A stretch of 64,000 bases of DNA from positions 159,710-223,709 of the forward strand of contig NIVC01001900.1 in the NCBI GenBank assembly GCA_002269645.1, read 5' to 3'. Made by a program: the position numbers and the translations under genes. Positions 1-12,114 of this stretch are shown here, piece by piece (the first letter of the stretch is position 1; the number at the start of each line of letters is the position of its first letter). The stretch is from Macrostomum lignano. Lineage: Eukaryota. The notes beneath the pieces were generated by a model. The model saw only the letters and a program-made list of their open reading frames with translations, was not told the DNA's origin and searched no databases.

Positions 1-221
1 CATCTGAGGGCTGCGTACGGCTGTTCAGTCCCAAGGACTGGGGGGTCGCCACACACCCTCAATTACTCCAGCTATCGCTGGCACCCATTTTACAGCTGGG
101 TGAACTGAAGCAATGAAGAGTTAAATTTCTTGCTCAAAGACACTAATGTTTCCGAGTAGGTTGAGAATCGAACCCCCACTTTTCAGTTGTAAGTCCGACG
201 CTCTAACCACTAGGCTACAAC
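1..221 (-). mobile_element. tRNA-derived SINE (family A) with conserved central domain (MetaSINE-like), running off the window edge
   Basis: Minus strand reads GTTGTAGCCTAGTGGTTAGAGCG (A box), then GGGGGTTCGATTCTC (B box), then GTGTCTTTGAGCAAGAAATTTAACTC...CACCCAGCTGTAAAATGGGTGCC, a central domain typical of metazoan SINE superfamilies. Confidence 0.7.
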
Positions 222-1120
222 CCCAGTAGTCCTGCAAATACTCGAAGTTCCCTTATTGATTTTGTGCTAAAGACACGGCAGTATTCCGATATTCATCGAT
301 CTCCTCGGAGGTACGGCTGGAATATTAGACCAGAGAGGCTCTTAAAATGCTCAAGGTCTCAGACTCGAAGCCTCGACCTTTACCTTCTCAGTCCACCACT
401 TCTTGTACAGCTCAGCCAACACCTGTGAAAATCCGCGTTCATCTTCGACTCCAGCAAGAAGGCGTAGCGGCCGTTTGATTCGCGAACTCGCTGTGGTGCT
501 CGCTTTCACCTGGGCAGCTTTGTGGGGCTGCGGGTTCACGAGTATCTCGACGGTGTTCACGGGAATCTCATGGGTGTTCACTGAGATCTCAAGGCTCAGG
601 GTGTTCACGGGGAACTTGTGTTGGTCACAGTGATCTCTGCGTGTTCACGAAGATCTCTAGTTCTTTGCGAAGATCTCGGGTTGTCACCGAATAGGGCGGC
701 ACATGTGAGCACGTAGGGCCACACTTGTGCTCAGCTGGGATCAGGGATTGCAAAACTTCCAGAGACGCAGGTCAGGCAGGCTGAGCAATCAATTGATAAG
801 AAGGTCCTGAGTTCGATCCAACTCAGCTCACAGAGCGTGATCAGGTTGCGTAGAGCCAACACTTTGAGTTTGTGCTCAAATTTAAGATAAGCAGCTGCAC
901 AAAGCTTTGAGTCTGTGTGCGGTCGAATCACCTTTATCTGTGTGCAGTGCGGCTTTGCTGGCTGTCTGACTGTCCCGCAGTTTGGTAACCATGGCAACTG
1001 CTGATAGCGCCGCTGCTGGGCTCAGTATGAATTGTATTAGCAACTGTGGCTCTGTTGAGACCCCAACTTAGAGATTGCAGCAGCCCAGCGCTTCACTCTG
1101 ACTTTGCGCAGTTTTAGAAG

Positions 1121-1452
1121 GTGAGCTGGTTTTTAATATCTGAATTATGTTCTTCTTTATTCCAAATCTCAGCATTTCTGAGCAGGAAATTTTTGATTAT
1201 TTGTTCCCTCATGGGCCTTGTCTCCCACCTGACCTGAGTCTCCCACCTGACCTGAGTCTCCCACCTGATCTGAGTCTCCCACCTGATCTGAGTCTCCCAC
1301 CTGATCTGAGTCTCCCACCTGACCTGAGTCTCCCACCTGACCTGAGTCTCCCACCTGACCTGAGTCTCCCACCTGACCTGAGTCTCCCACCTGACCTGAG
1401 TCTCCCACCTGACCTGAGTCTCCCAACTGACCTGAGTCTCCCACCCTGTCAG
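1121..1452 (+). other. probable 5'-UTR intron of NHL paralogue 1
   Basis: AAG|GTGAGC donor at 1121 and CTGTCAG| acceptor ending at 1452, 20 nt before the ATG at 1473. Confidence 0.45.
1220..1445 (+). repeat. 18-bp minisatellite (CTCCCACCTGACCTGAGT)n, ~12 copies
   Basis: Direct reading; explains the PPDLSL and GDSGQV repeat ORFs. Confidence 0.95.
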
Positions 1453-2810
1453 TTATTCAATCACCACTCAAGATGAGCCGCAAAAGCTCCAGCGACAGCT
1501 TGAGTTCGGACGCGCCTCCCGCTTCCCCAACTCCTCTCTGCATCATCTGCGACCAAGCTGCAGTCGGTGTGGCTCCGTTCTCCCGCTGCCACATGTGCAG
1601 TCAACACCTCAGTGTCGATGTGGCCAATCTATTCAAGCTCAAGGAGCAGGTCGAAGAGCTGCTGCGTGCCTACTCAAAAGACTCACAAGAATCACAAGAG
1701 TCACAAGGCGCAGCAGGTGCAGCTGGCCGTGCAGCGCTGCTGCGACACAGACAAGACGCTGAGTCGCTGCGTCGTCTCGCTCTCGACATCCAACAGCAGC
1801 TGCAAGAGGTCAATCACAAATTCGATTTGGTACAGCAACACATCGACTCGTTTCGTAGCAGGGTGACGGGCCAGCTCTCAGGTGTACTTGAGGCAGTGCG
1901 TGTGTGCGAGCGGGACCTCGAGGACGTCTCCAGCTACAAGCAGGAGGTGGCCACGGCGGAGGCTGCAGGCGACATGGCGGAGCTGCTTCGCCTTGTCCAG
2001 TCCATGCACGAATCGCTTGGAGACTTGGAGGCCGACTTTGAGAGGTCAGAGCACCTGCTCAGAGACAAGAGCGACAATGAGGAGGTGCAGCTGCGGCTTC
2101 TGGGCCAGCTCGAGCGGCTGGTCGGCATTTGTGCGGGACGCAGTGAAGAGGGCGACTGGTCGAGAGACGCTGCGGTGACCGCGACATCCGACGAGATAGA
2201 AGCCGCTGAGAGAGAGAGACTGCTGTTCGATCCGATGGTCTTCAGTCACGAGGTGAAGCTGGATTATGATGTTACATGGCTGATGGCTGACTGTGTGCAG
2301 CGACACCAGGGGATTCGTTGGTGACCGCTCAGGCCGTGTGGTTCGCATCGACTCAGCGAGAGACGGCAGCGAGGCTCTGCCTCAGCCCTGCATCCTGACA
2401 TCATACTTTTCCGACAGAGACCATCTACTGGTGCTGTCTGTGGATGGCTCACAGAAGCTGCGGTGCCACTGCGACATCGACTGGAAGAATGACATCCGTG
2501 GCCTTCACTGCGACCATCAGCTGCTGTTCATTGCTCAGCGTGACACAGTGACAGTGACGGACCTGAGCGGTCGCCCAGTGCGTCGAATTCGCGCACACAT
2601 CGAGGGCTTCGGTGACATCAGTGGAATCGGCGGCAACGCAGCCTCCGTGTTTGTGTCCAGTGGAAACAAAATTGCTGCATTCAGCAAAGCGACTTGGCAG
2701 ATGGAGACGGTCATCACGCTGTCTCAGTTTCCTCATGCTGCACTGGGTAACCTGACGAGTCATAACAACTGCATTCTGGTGACAGACTGGAGGCACAATC
2801 AGGTGCACAG

Positions 2811-5800
2811 TCCGGCTCGGGGGCCGGCAACTCCCGCGGCCGGGGGTCCGAAAATCCCCCAACCCTCCAGCTCGGAGGTATTTCTCTCCGCGAACCCCGC
2901 GGTTACTACCCTAAGTGGGGCTAATTCGACTCCCACTGGTGGAGATTCTGGTGGTGACACAACCACGTACCGCGACAGCGAGGCTAACGCGGCTCCCAGC
3001 ACTGTCCGCAAGAGGCAGCAGCCTGAGGACCGCACGCTTACCCCCCAGGACCCGAAGCGCTCTAAGGGCAGGGGGACAGCCGGCTCCTATGCCAAGGTGG
3101 CTGCTGAGCCCCTCCATAAAATCTGCGTCCGTGCGGCCAGCGGGACGCTGAGTGACGCCCAGATGGAAGGTGCTGTTGCCCTCGTTGACGACTTCCTCTG
3201 GGATAACGACCATCTCGGTGTTGAGGTCGAGTCGGTCAGATTCGCCAACGGCAATCTCATCCTCGCTTTCAAAAGTGAGGTCCATCTGAGCACTGCCTTA
3301 GCCAACCTGCCCAGCATCGACTGGAGTACCTCCACGGCACAGCTCCCGGAGCTGGTCGTTGAGAAGGCCCGTCCTCCGCCTCCATGTAAGAGGTATAGGG
3401 CCTTCTATTCCGGGCACAGGACGATCGAGGAGATCCGTGGTCGTCTTGTCGCCAAGCACCCCGAGTTGCCTGCGGACGGCCTCCGGGCCTACAAGGAGGT
3501 GCCGGCCAAGGACGGCAACGGGAAGACCCTCTACATGGGCCTCTCCGCTGACTGGGAGCGCCACATGCAAGGCAAAGACCACGCCGCCTACGTTGGGGCA
3601 TGGAAGTTAGTCTTCCACCTCATCCCTAGGAGGAAACGCAACGCCGGCGGTGATCAGCGCCGAGACGATCCCGAGAGCCCGGATAGCTCTGAGGGCGAGA
3701 CTTAAGCTGTTCTCGACCCGCCATGCCCAGATCTTCAATGATGAGGCGTGACCGTCTGAGGACCAACCCGGCGGGTGGGTCCAATGATGATTTAACCACA
3801 CTCACGCAAAACAGTGATCCTAACCTGCACATCGTGCAGATTAATCTGCACCACGCGGTCGCAGCCTCCAGCAGCCTCACCGACACCCTCGATGGCACCG
3901 GTGTTGACATCTACCTCATCCAGGAGCCCTACACCGTGAGAGGTAAGCCCACCCTGCTGCCGAAAGGCTACCAGATCCTCTTCCTCTCTGGAGGGGAAAC
4001 CCCTAGGGCCATTGCTCTGGTCAAGTACGAGCTCGCAGCCATGCTCATGCCGATGTTTTGCAATAAAGACATCTGTACCTTCACCGTGAACGGGATGATT
4101 TTCTCATCCGTGTACATGGACATTCAGGATGAACTTCCGTCACCCCTCCTGCAGGATCTCGCAAACCATTGTATCATCGAGAACCGGAACCTCATTAATG
4201 GTTGCGACGCTAATGCTCACAACACTGCGTGGGCTAGCAGTAACACTAACCTCAGAGGTAGTATGCTTATTGATTTCATTAACACCTCGAATTTGCATAT
4301 TTGCAACTTGGGGCGTAAACCCACCTTTGCGAATGCTAGCAGGAAAGAGGTCATTGATCTCACCCTTGCGTCCAGTAGCATCCTTAATCGGATTCAAAAT
4401 TGGAGGGTCAGGGACGACATCCCCTCGCTCTCGGACCATTTCTACATCCATTTCAGCGTCACAGCTGGCGGCGCTCGCGTCACCAAGGCGAACCGTCCCA
4501 ATTTAAAAAGGGCGGACTGGACTGGCTTCAGAAGGGACCTTGAGTCTCTGATCAGCAGCGAACCGGCCGATGACCTGGAAGGCTGCGATGATATTCCGAG
4601 CATTGAAGCACGCTGCAACAAACTTGTCGAGCTGCTTAATGCGGCCACGATCAAGAACGCTCCTCCGATTGTCAGTAGAAAGAAGTACTCACCTTGGTGG
4701 AACAAGGAGCTCACCCGCTTAAAAAAGGCCTCCCGTCGGTTGCATCGGATTGCCAACCGGAACAACACCCCAGAAGACTGGGAGAACTACCACTCTGCTT
4801 TGAGAATCTACAAGAGTTGCATCCGGAAGGCCAAAAAGGACACCTGGAAGGCCTTCTGCGCCGGTTTAGAGGGCCAGCATCCTACTGCCCGGCTGGTCAT
4901 GTGCCTCAGGCATGACAACCTCGCCCAGTGTAACTCCCTCCTCCATTTCGATGGCAACTATTCCAGAACCGCCGAGGAATCCCTCAATCTGCTTTTCTCA
5001 GCTTGTTTCCCCACATGCGAGCATCCTGAGCAAATCGTTGCTGATCACAACCCAAGAGATCGACAGCTTTTCGAGCAGTGCGCCACCAAGAACTTAATTC
5101 AGCTGGCCGCCAACACTTTTAAGCCGTTCAAAGCCCCCGGCATAGACAATATCGCCCCCTGTGTTCTCCAGGAAGCGGTTAAGCTGCAGAGCTTCTCTGC
5201 CTTTTTCTCTAAGCTCATCACCGACTGTTTCACCACTGGGTACATTCCCACTATCTGGAGGACCGCTCGGGTGGTCTTCATCCCCAAGCCTGCCAAAGCC
5301 GACTATACTAATGTGAAATCTTTCCGCCCCATCAGCCTTACATCCTTCTGCATTAAGCTGATGGAGAGACTCATCTTGTGGAGGCTGCGCGACTGCGAGT
5401 TAAGGACGGCACCCATAAGTAAGCACCAATTCGCCTTCCAGCCAGGTAAAACCACCGAGCACGCTTTGCATGTTATTACCTCAGCCATTGAGAAAGCTAT
5501 CCTGAGTAAGCAGATTGTCTGTGGGCTTTTCTGCGATATCGATGGGGCCTTCAATAACGTTTTGTTTGGCTCCTTCAGTGACTCCCTTTTGCAGAAAAAG
5601 GTCCGACCCAGCATTGTGCGTTGGATCGACTTTATGATCCGGAACAGGAAGGTGACTTCCTCCCTCATGGATGCCACCTGCACTCACACGGTTACTAAGA
5701 GCGGAGCCCAAGGTGGAGTGCTCACCCCGCTGCTCTGGAATCTCGTGATGGACGAGCTCCTGACGGCTGACGTCCCCAGCAGCATAGTCAAGGCTGGCTA

Positions 5801-7609
5801 CGCTGATGATGTCGCTGCTATTGTCAGTGGCCCTGACACCAGTACCCTCCGAAGCTTAATGCAGCAGTTCGCCGATAAGGCGCAAGCCTGGGCTACCCGG
5901 CACGGCCTAACCATTAGCACCGCTAAGACGGTGTCCATTATCTTCACCAGGAAGCGGAAGTGGAGCATGCGGAACCTCACCATCTACGGTAAGGACATAC
6001 CCTTAGTCAAGGAAACTAAGTATCTAGGTGTGACGCTCACCCACGATCTGCGTTGGACCAAGCACGCTGACAATGTCATCGGGCGCGCCAGGCGCTGCTT
6101 TGCGCAGGTGAGGAGAGCCATCGGGCCTACTTGGGGTCTTTCTCCCAAGACGGTCAGATGGATTTACACCGGCATCGTTCGGCCCAGTATCACCTACGCG
6201 TGTGTTATCTGGTCCAGTGCGTTGGAGTTGAAGACTGTACGGGACCGGTTGTACCAGCTGCAGGGTAACATCTGCCGAGCCATCACCGGTGGGTATCCAT
6301 CCACCCCTTACGAGGGGCTCAACACCATCCTCAGCATGCCTCCGCTGCATTTGTTCATTAGAGCTGAGGCGATGAAGGGCGCCGCGCGTCTCATCTGTGA
6401 TAAATTTATTGCTAACACGCCCTCGGGCTTCATGCCTGAGAAGACTCTTTTCCCACATCTGGACTATATCCGTCGCGATCTTCAACGCATCCACCTCAAT
6501 TTAGACGAGGTGGACTGCAGATCCCCACTCTCATCCTCAGGAGGGGCTTCAAGTGTACTCTTCCACCGAGAGGGAGTCACCCGCTGGACGTGGGCATCAA
6601 CCGGAGAAGCCAGGGTATTCACTGCTTCACTGACGGATCCCTGCGTGACGGTCTCGCTGGTGCGGGCATTGCCATTTTCCACAAGGGTGAAGCGATCTTA
6701 CAAGAGAGTCTTCATCTTGGTGAGAATGTCTCGGTTTTTCAATCCGAAGTTGTAGCTATCAACCAGTGCGCTGAGCATTTGCACAAAGCTGGCATCAGCA
6801 GCTTTGACATTTATTTTTACTCTGACAGGCAGGCCGCTATTAAGGCCTTGTCTTCTATCAAGCTCTCAACCAAGTCAGTCTCAGACTGCCTCAAAAGCTT
6901 GCAGACCCTAGCGATTCTCAACAGGATCAATGTTATCTGGACACCAGGCCATAGCAACATCCTCGGCAACGAGCTTGTGGATCAGCTTGCCAAGCGGGGT
7001 TGCACCCCTGATGGAGCGCAACGCTCAGTCAAGTTACCTTCTCCGAAGTCATCAATCAACCGCGCCATTCAAGATTGGCTGAACCGCCAGCATCAGACTC
7101 ACTGGGACAGCTGCTCCGAATACCGGCAAGCACGAAAGGCTATGCCTGCCATTAACCGGAAAGTATCCGAATATCTAATCTCCTTAAGTAAAACTGACCT
7201 GAGGGAGATGTGCATGGGCATTACTGGCCATGGCTTCTTCCAGAGACATATTTTACTGCTAATTGGCTGCTCCCCTATCTGCCCATTATGTGATTTAGAG
7301 GAGGAAACCTCGACGCACCACGTCACTTTCTGCCCGCACTTCAACGAGGCGCGGAGGCGTCACCTCGGTCACCCGCTAAGGCTTGACAAGCTCACCACTC
7401 CGGACCGTATCCGTGATCTACGTGCATTCGTTCGGGATTCTGGGCGGATGAAAATCGCAGACGCCACTCTCGCGAGCTCTTCTGCCGGCGAGGGGTGGGC
7501 GCAGCCCCAAGGCTAACGCCTTTCTGTTTCTGTTTAGCTTGGGGTTGCGATAGGGGCCTCGCGGCCTGTTCGCGGCGCTCTGCCCCCCGTCGGTAGTAAG
7601 TAAGTAAGT
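2811..7609 (+). mobile_element. non-LTR retrotransposon, LOA/R1-group-like (ORF1 + APE-RT-RNase H-Cys finger), 5'-truncated
   Basis: 13-bp TSD ATCAGGTGCACAG at 2798-2810 and 7610-7622; (TAAG)n tail at ~7594-7609. ORF2 has QINLHH, QEPY, GCDANAH and SDH (APE), FRPISL, DIDGAF and GYADD (RT), FTDGS...SDRQAA...[13 protein letters not shown] (RNase H) and CPLC..HH..C. Confidence 0.93.
3723..7516 (+). CDS. LINE ORF2 (endonuclease-reverse transcriptase-RNase H) with one 1-bp frameshift near 6520
   Basis: ORFs 3723-6755 and 6590-7516 join by a frame change at GACTGCAG/ATCCCCACT, giving ...[40 protein letters not shown]. Confidence 0.88.
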
Positions 7610-9287
7610 ATCAGGTGCACAGAGTGCGCATCGACACCCAGCAGCTGGTCGCCTCCTTCCAGACTCAGCGTTCCGGCCTCCAACAGTTTGCTGGTCCAGT
7701 AGATGTGGCCGTCGACAGCAGAGGCCGCCTGTTCGTGAGTGAATATTTGGGTCACTCAGTGCGAGCGGTGGCTGCAGACGACGAGTCGCTGCTGTGGACT
7801 CTGGGGACTCCGGGCGAGAGCGGCAGCGGAGACGGCAGATTCGAGTATCTATCGAGTCTGGCGGTGGTGACAGGAGGTCCGCGCGAGCAGCTGGTGGTGG
7901 CTGACCTTTTCAACAGCAGACTGCAGGTGTTCAGTGCACCCTAATTTTATTCACAGGCCCAATAATAATAGAACTGTGGGGTGTCTGGAGTTGATTGATT
8001 TATTGGAGGCTGGGTTTTTGTTAGATTTTTTCCCATTGTATTATGCAATTTCTTACATTTGATGACGTTCTTTGTCTGATAATTGTTTATCAAGTCGAGT
8101 ACATTCAAAATTGATATTTATTGAATAGAAGCACATTAAACATTATGCATGCATTGAGTATAATTAAACTAAACTTACGCGTTGGCCCTAAAAAATTCTA
8201 TCATTGTTTTTTTCTAGAAGTTTCAGCACCATAAATTGGGTTTTGACTGTTGAATTGAATGTCAGCAAATCCTGTGCAATGTCTCCTGGAAATTTTCCAT
8301 CACTCTGTGCTCAATCAAACTCCAGTTTTTGGCTCTCGAACAGTTCATTCATTTCTATCAGTCGCTCGCTTCTGCGGTTTTCTCCAAACTGCCCCTCAGT
8401 TTGCACTCAGACTTACTTGTTTTCAAATGCTTTATCCATTTTTCTTTGATATTTATGCAGCCTCCGCGTCACCTTTTCTGTGTCAGAACTGACGTAAAAT
8501 CTGATTTAATTTCTCTTTTAACTGCCTCACCTGAATTCATAATGCTATCCAGCTATGAGTTCATTGCCAGCCAATGAAAATGCTCAAACAAGCAGAAGCT
8601 GAAGATGAGACCCCTGCATGTTCACCCAATAGGAATCAGCAAGGTGCAATGGAAATCTCCCAATGCGAGAGGCTGAAAGATGCTGTAAAACCGCTGGTTA
8701 GACCAAGCAGGAAGCGCAGCCCTCTCTCCCTCGCACCTGCACTAAATATTCTCCGACCTGAGCAGACAGTCTCAGCCGAACTACTCAGAGTGAGCAGATT
8801 AACCCAGCTGATCCTAGCAAAGCACTCCCTCTCCTCCACACATCAGATCGAACTGCTGGTTCGCCCTGACAGCGGAACCTCAGAGCGAGCACAAAATATT
8901 CGGAAACTCCTGACTTGGTGTGGCTGATCTTGCACTGCACTCTCTGATGTAAGCCAGCATCACTGCGGTGACAGCATCAAATACAGCAGACTGCGAGTCT
9001 CCCTTGTGACTGCATTATCAAGAAAAGTCGGTTGAATTTCCGACTCAGTGATTTGGCTCTGACACTCGGAATGGAAATGACAGACAGCCACTGTAGTGAG
9101 GTGAGAGTCCCTGATGCCAAGGTATTGAAATATTTCACTCGCGGCAGACTCCGCGTCGCTTCTGTGTTGCATTTTCCTCAATGGGTCACTGCTGTGTTTT
9201 AATGTGCATGAGCACAGGTACTTTTAGCTGGGAAATTATAGTTAAAATATGAGTGCTTTGGAAAGTTGAAATTAATGGCACAACTGA

Positions 9288-9500
9288 GGTTTCAGTGACT
9301 GGGTTTCAGTGACTGGGTTTCAGTGACTGGGTGTCAGTGACTGGGTTTCGGTGACTGGGTTTCAGTGACTGGATTTCAGTGACTGGGTTTCAGTGACTGG
9401 GTTTCAGTGACTGGGTTTCAGTGACTGGATTTCAGTGACTGGGTTTCAGTGACTGGATTTCAGTGACTGGGTTTCAGTGACTGGGTTTCATTGACTGGGT
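9288..9500 (+). repeat. 14-bp minisatellite (GGGTTTCAGTGACT)n
   Basis: Direct reading, ~15 copies. Confidence 0.95.
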
Positions 9501-11126
9501 TTTATAACCCAGGTTACTCAAAGAAGAGAGGGGAGATCACGGGGATCTGAGTCTTCCAGATGATGATGAAATGGTTGATTCTTAAGCGAGCTCAATTCTC
9601 AAGAAAGATATCGGATGTGGCTCTGGCATGGAGGTCAGGGGTGAGTCCAACCCAGGCCAGTTTGAAAGAAATGGATGAAATTCTGCTACGGCGTGACGCG
9701 CGAACAACGTGCGGCCTTGACCCGTCCTTCACCAGAGTCGCCAGGCCAGCAAATGACGTCACCTGTCTAGCAGCGCTGTGATTGACTTGGAAAATGGGGA
9801 GGGGTTACGCAACAAGTCACGTGACAAATTCAATTGATGAGAACAGATTACGGAGATCGGGGCAATAAATGCTGATTCAGAACAAAATAACGGAGGTTGG
9901 GGTGGGCGAAAGCGGAGGGGTGGGTGTAAGCGGTGACTCACTGGGGATTCCAGAGCCGGGATCATGCAAGACCACGTGTACAATTGGGGACTCTTTAACA
10001 TTGCAAATTAGTGAGTGGCTGCCGAAAGCCGCTGCTGCATCACCAGCTAAGAAACTTCAACTGACTCCATGCTGCATAGCGACTGCGGTCAGACATGCTA
10101 ACCAAACATGAAAACAGACACGTTGATTGAATTGTGAGAGCGGTGGCGTACACAGCATTTTTCATTGGTTGGGACGCCGAATGTATTTTGTAGGAAGCTG
10201 GATTTTTTTAAGAAATGCATCGCAGTGCATTCAGTTCTCAGCTCTCGAGTATTTTCTCCATTGACTTTGTCTATGGCGAAACCCCATTCATTGGACAGAA
10301 AAAAACCGCAGCAGGTGACGGAAAAGTGCTCAAAGACAGCTCAGAGCAACTCACTGCAGGATTTTATTTTTCAAACGAGTAAAGAGCAGGCGCTCCTTCG
10401 GTGCCGTGTCTGCTGCCTGCTGCTCTCCGCAATTTTTTTTCCTTATTGAGTGATGCAGAATGGAGACCTGAAACTGCATGATTGAAATAAGTGAAATATG
10501 CCTGAGTGACAGATGAGCATTGGAGTATCAGGCACACGAAAATTCTTGCAGCTGCCTTTGTTGGTATTTAATAATATAAAATTCATTGTTTAGCTTTAAT
10601 GCCACGCATTGTTTATGGCCTATGTGAGATTGTTAAATGATATGGCAGAGACTTATTGCATTTGATTTGCCCAATTGTTTTCAATGAGGATGAATGGCTT
10701 TGTTGATATATTATTATAATTAAAATACGATTTGAATCAGCAATAGACAAAAGCATCCATGATTCATACATATTTTGCACTAATTGAAAGTAATGGGACA
10801 AAAATATGCATGAATAATCCATGCTTGTGTGTGTGTACAAGCACATTGATGAATCATGCATGACCATGCAGACTACATGTATAAAGCATACATGATTTTT
10901 AAAACACACGGATAGCACATGCATACCCATGCATGTAACATGCATGAATCATGTGTGTAACATGCATGAATCATGTATGATCATCGATGAAACATGCATG
11001 TTTTTTGCCTAGGGATCATGCATGATTTATCCATGATCGAAGGCTTAGGGTGGGCACAAGGCACTGCACTGCTGCATGCACCTGTAAGCGCGATACAGTT
11101 ATAAACTGTTCCGCAGCTGCAAGTCT

Positions 11127-11856
11127 CAGCTGCTCAAATTGCTGCTCAAACTAATGCTCAAACTGCTGCTAAATTGCTGCTCAAACTGCTGCTCAAATTG
11201 CTGCTCAAACTGCTGCTAAATTGCTGCTCAAACTGCTGCTCAAACTGCTGCTCAAACTACTGCTCAAACTAATGCTCAAACTGCTGCTAAATTGCTGCTC
11301 AAACTGCTGCTCAAACTGCTGCTCAAACTAATGCTCAAACTGCTGCTAAATTGCTGCTCAAACTGCTGCTCAAATTGCTGCTCAAACTGCTGCTAAATTG
11401 CTGCTCAAACTGCTGCTCAAACTGCTGCTCAAACTACTGCTCAAACTAATGCTCAAACTGCTGCTCAAACTGCTGCTAAATTGCTGCTCAAACTGCTGCT
11501 CAAACTGCTGCTCAAACTGCTGCTCAAACTGCTGCTCAAACTAATGCTCAAACTGCTGCTAAATTGCTGCTCAAACTGCTGCTAAATTGCTGCTCAAACT
11601 GCTGCTCAAACTGCTGCTCAAACTGCTGCTCAAACTAATGCTCAAACTGCTGCTAAATTGCTGCTCAAACTGCTGCTAAATTGCTGCTCAAACTGCTGCT
11701 CAAACTGCTGCTCAAACTGCTGCTCAAACTAATGCTCAAACTGCTGCTAAATTGCTGCTCAAATTGCTGCTCAAACGACTGCTCAAACTGCTGCTAAAAC
11801 TGCTGCTCAAACTGCTGCTAAAACTGCTGCTCAAACTGCTGCTCAAACTGCTGCTC
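11127..11856 (+). repeat. 11-12-bp minisatellite (CTGCTGCTCAAA)n with variant units
   Basis: Direct reading; followed by a short TCTCCTGAGCACATC repeat at ~11857-11940. Confidence 0.95.
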
Positions 11857-12114
11857 CTCTCCTGAGCACATCTCTCCTGAGCACATCTCTCCTGAACACA
11901 TCTCTTCTGAGCACATTTCTCTTAGACACATCTCTCAGCCTTCTCATCCCTGCTCTTCTCCCTCTCTACTCCTCTCTTCTCAACTTTTGAGTCATTTCAG
12001 TTTGCATAATAAAATAATTTCTTAATGCATTGCTTCTTACTTCATCTGCATTTCAGCCTCTCCAGACAACAAGTATTTTATTCTATTTTAAGATACACTT
12101 GGCTATTAAATTTT

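Larger units (their letters stand above)
1473..7944 (+). pseudogene. TRIM-NHL-like paralogue 1 (B-box-like Zn motif, coiled coil, NHL repeats), frameshifted and interrupted by a LINE
   Basis: Near-identical to the intact ORFs at 16182 and 26715. A 7-bp tandem duplication ATGGCTG (2276-2289) shifts the frame. The coding sequence is split at QVHR by an insertion at 2811-7609 and resumes at 7610 (VRIDTQQLVASF...RLQVFSAP*). Confidence 0.9.

Noticed and set aside
8574-8927. 117-aa ORF downstream of NHL copy 1
   Set aside because: No recognisable motif, and it is not conserved as an ORF in the paralogous flanks.
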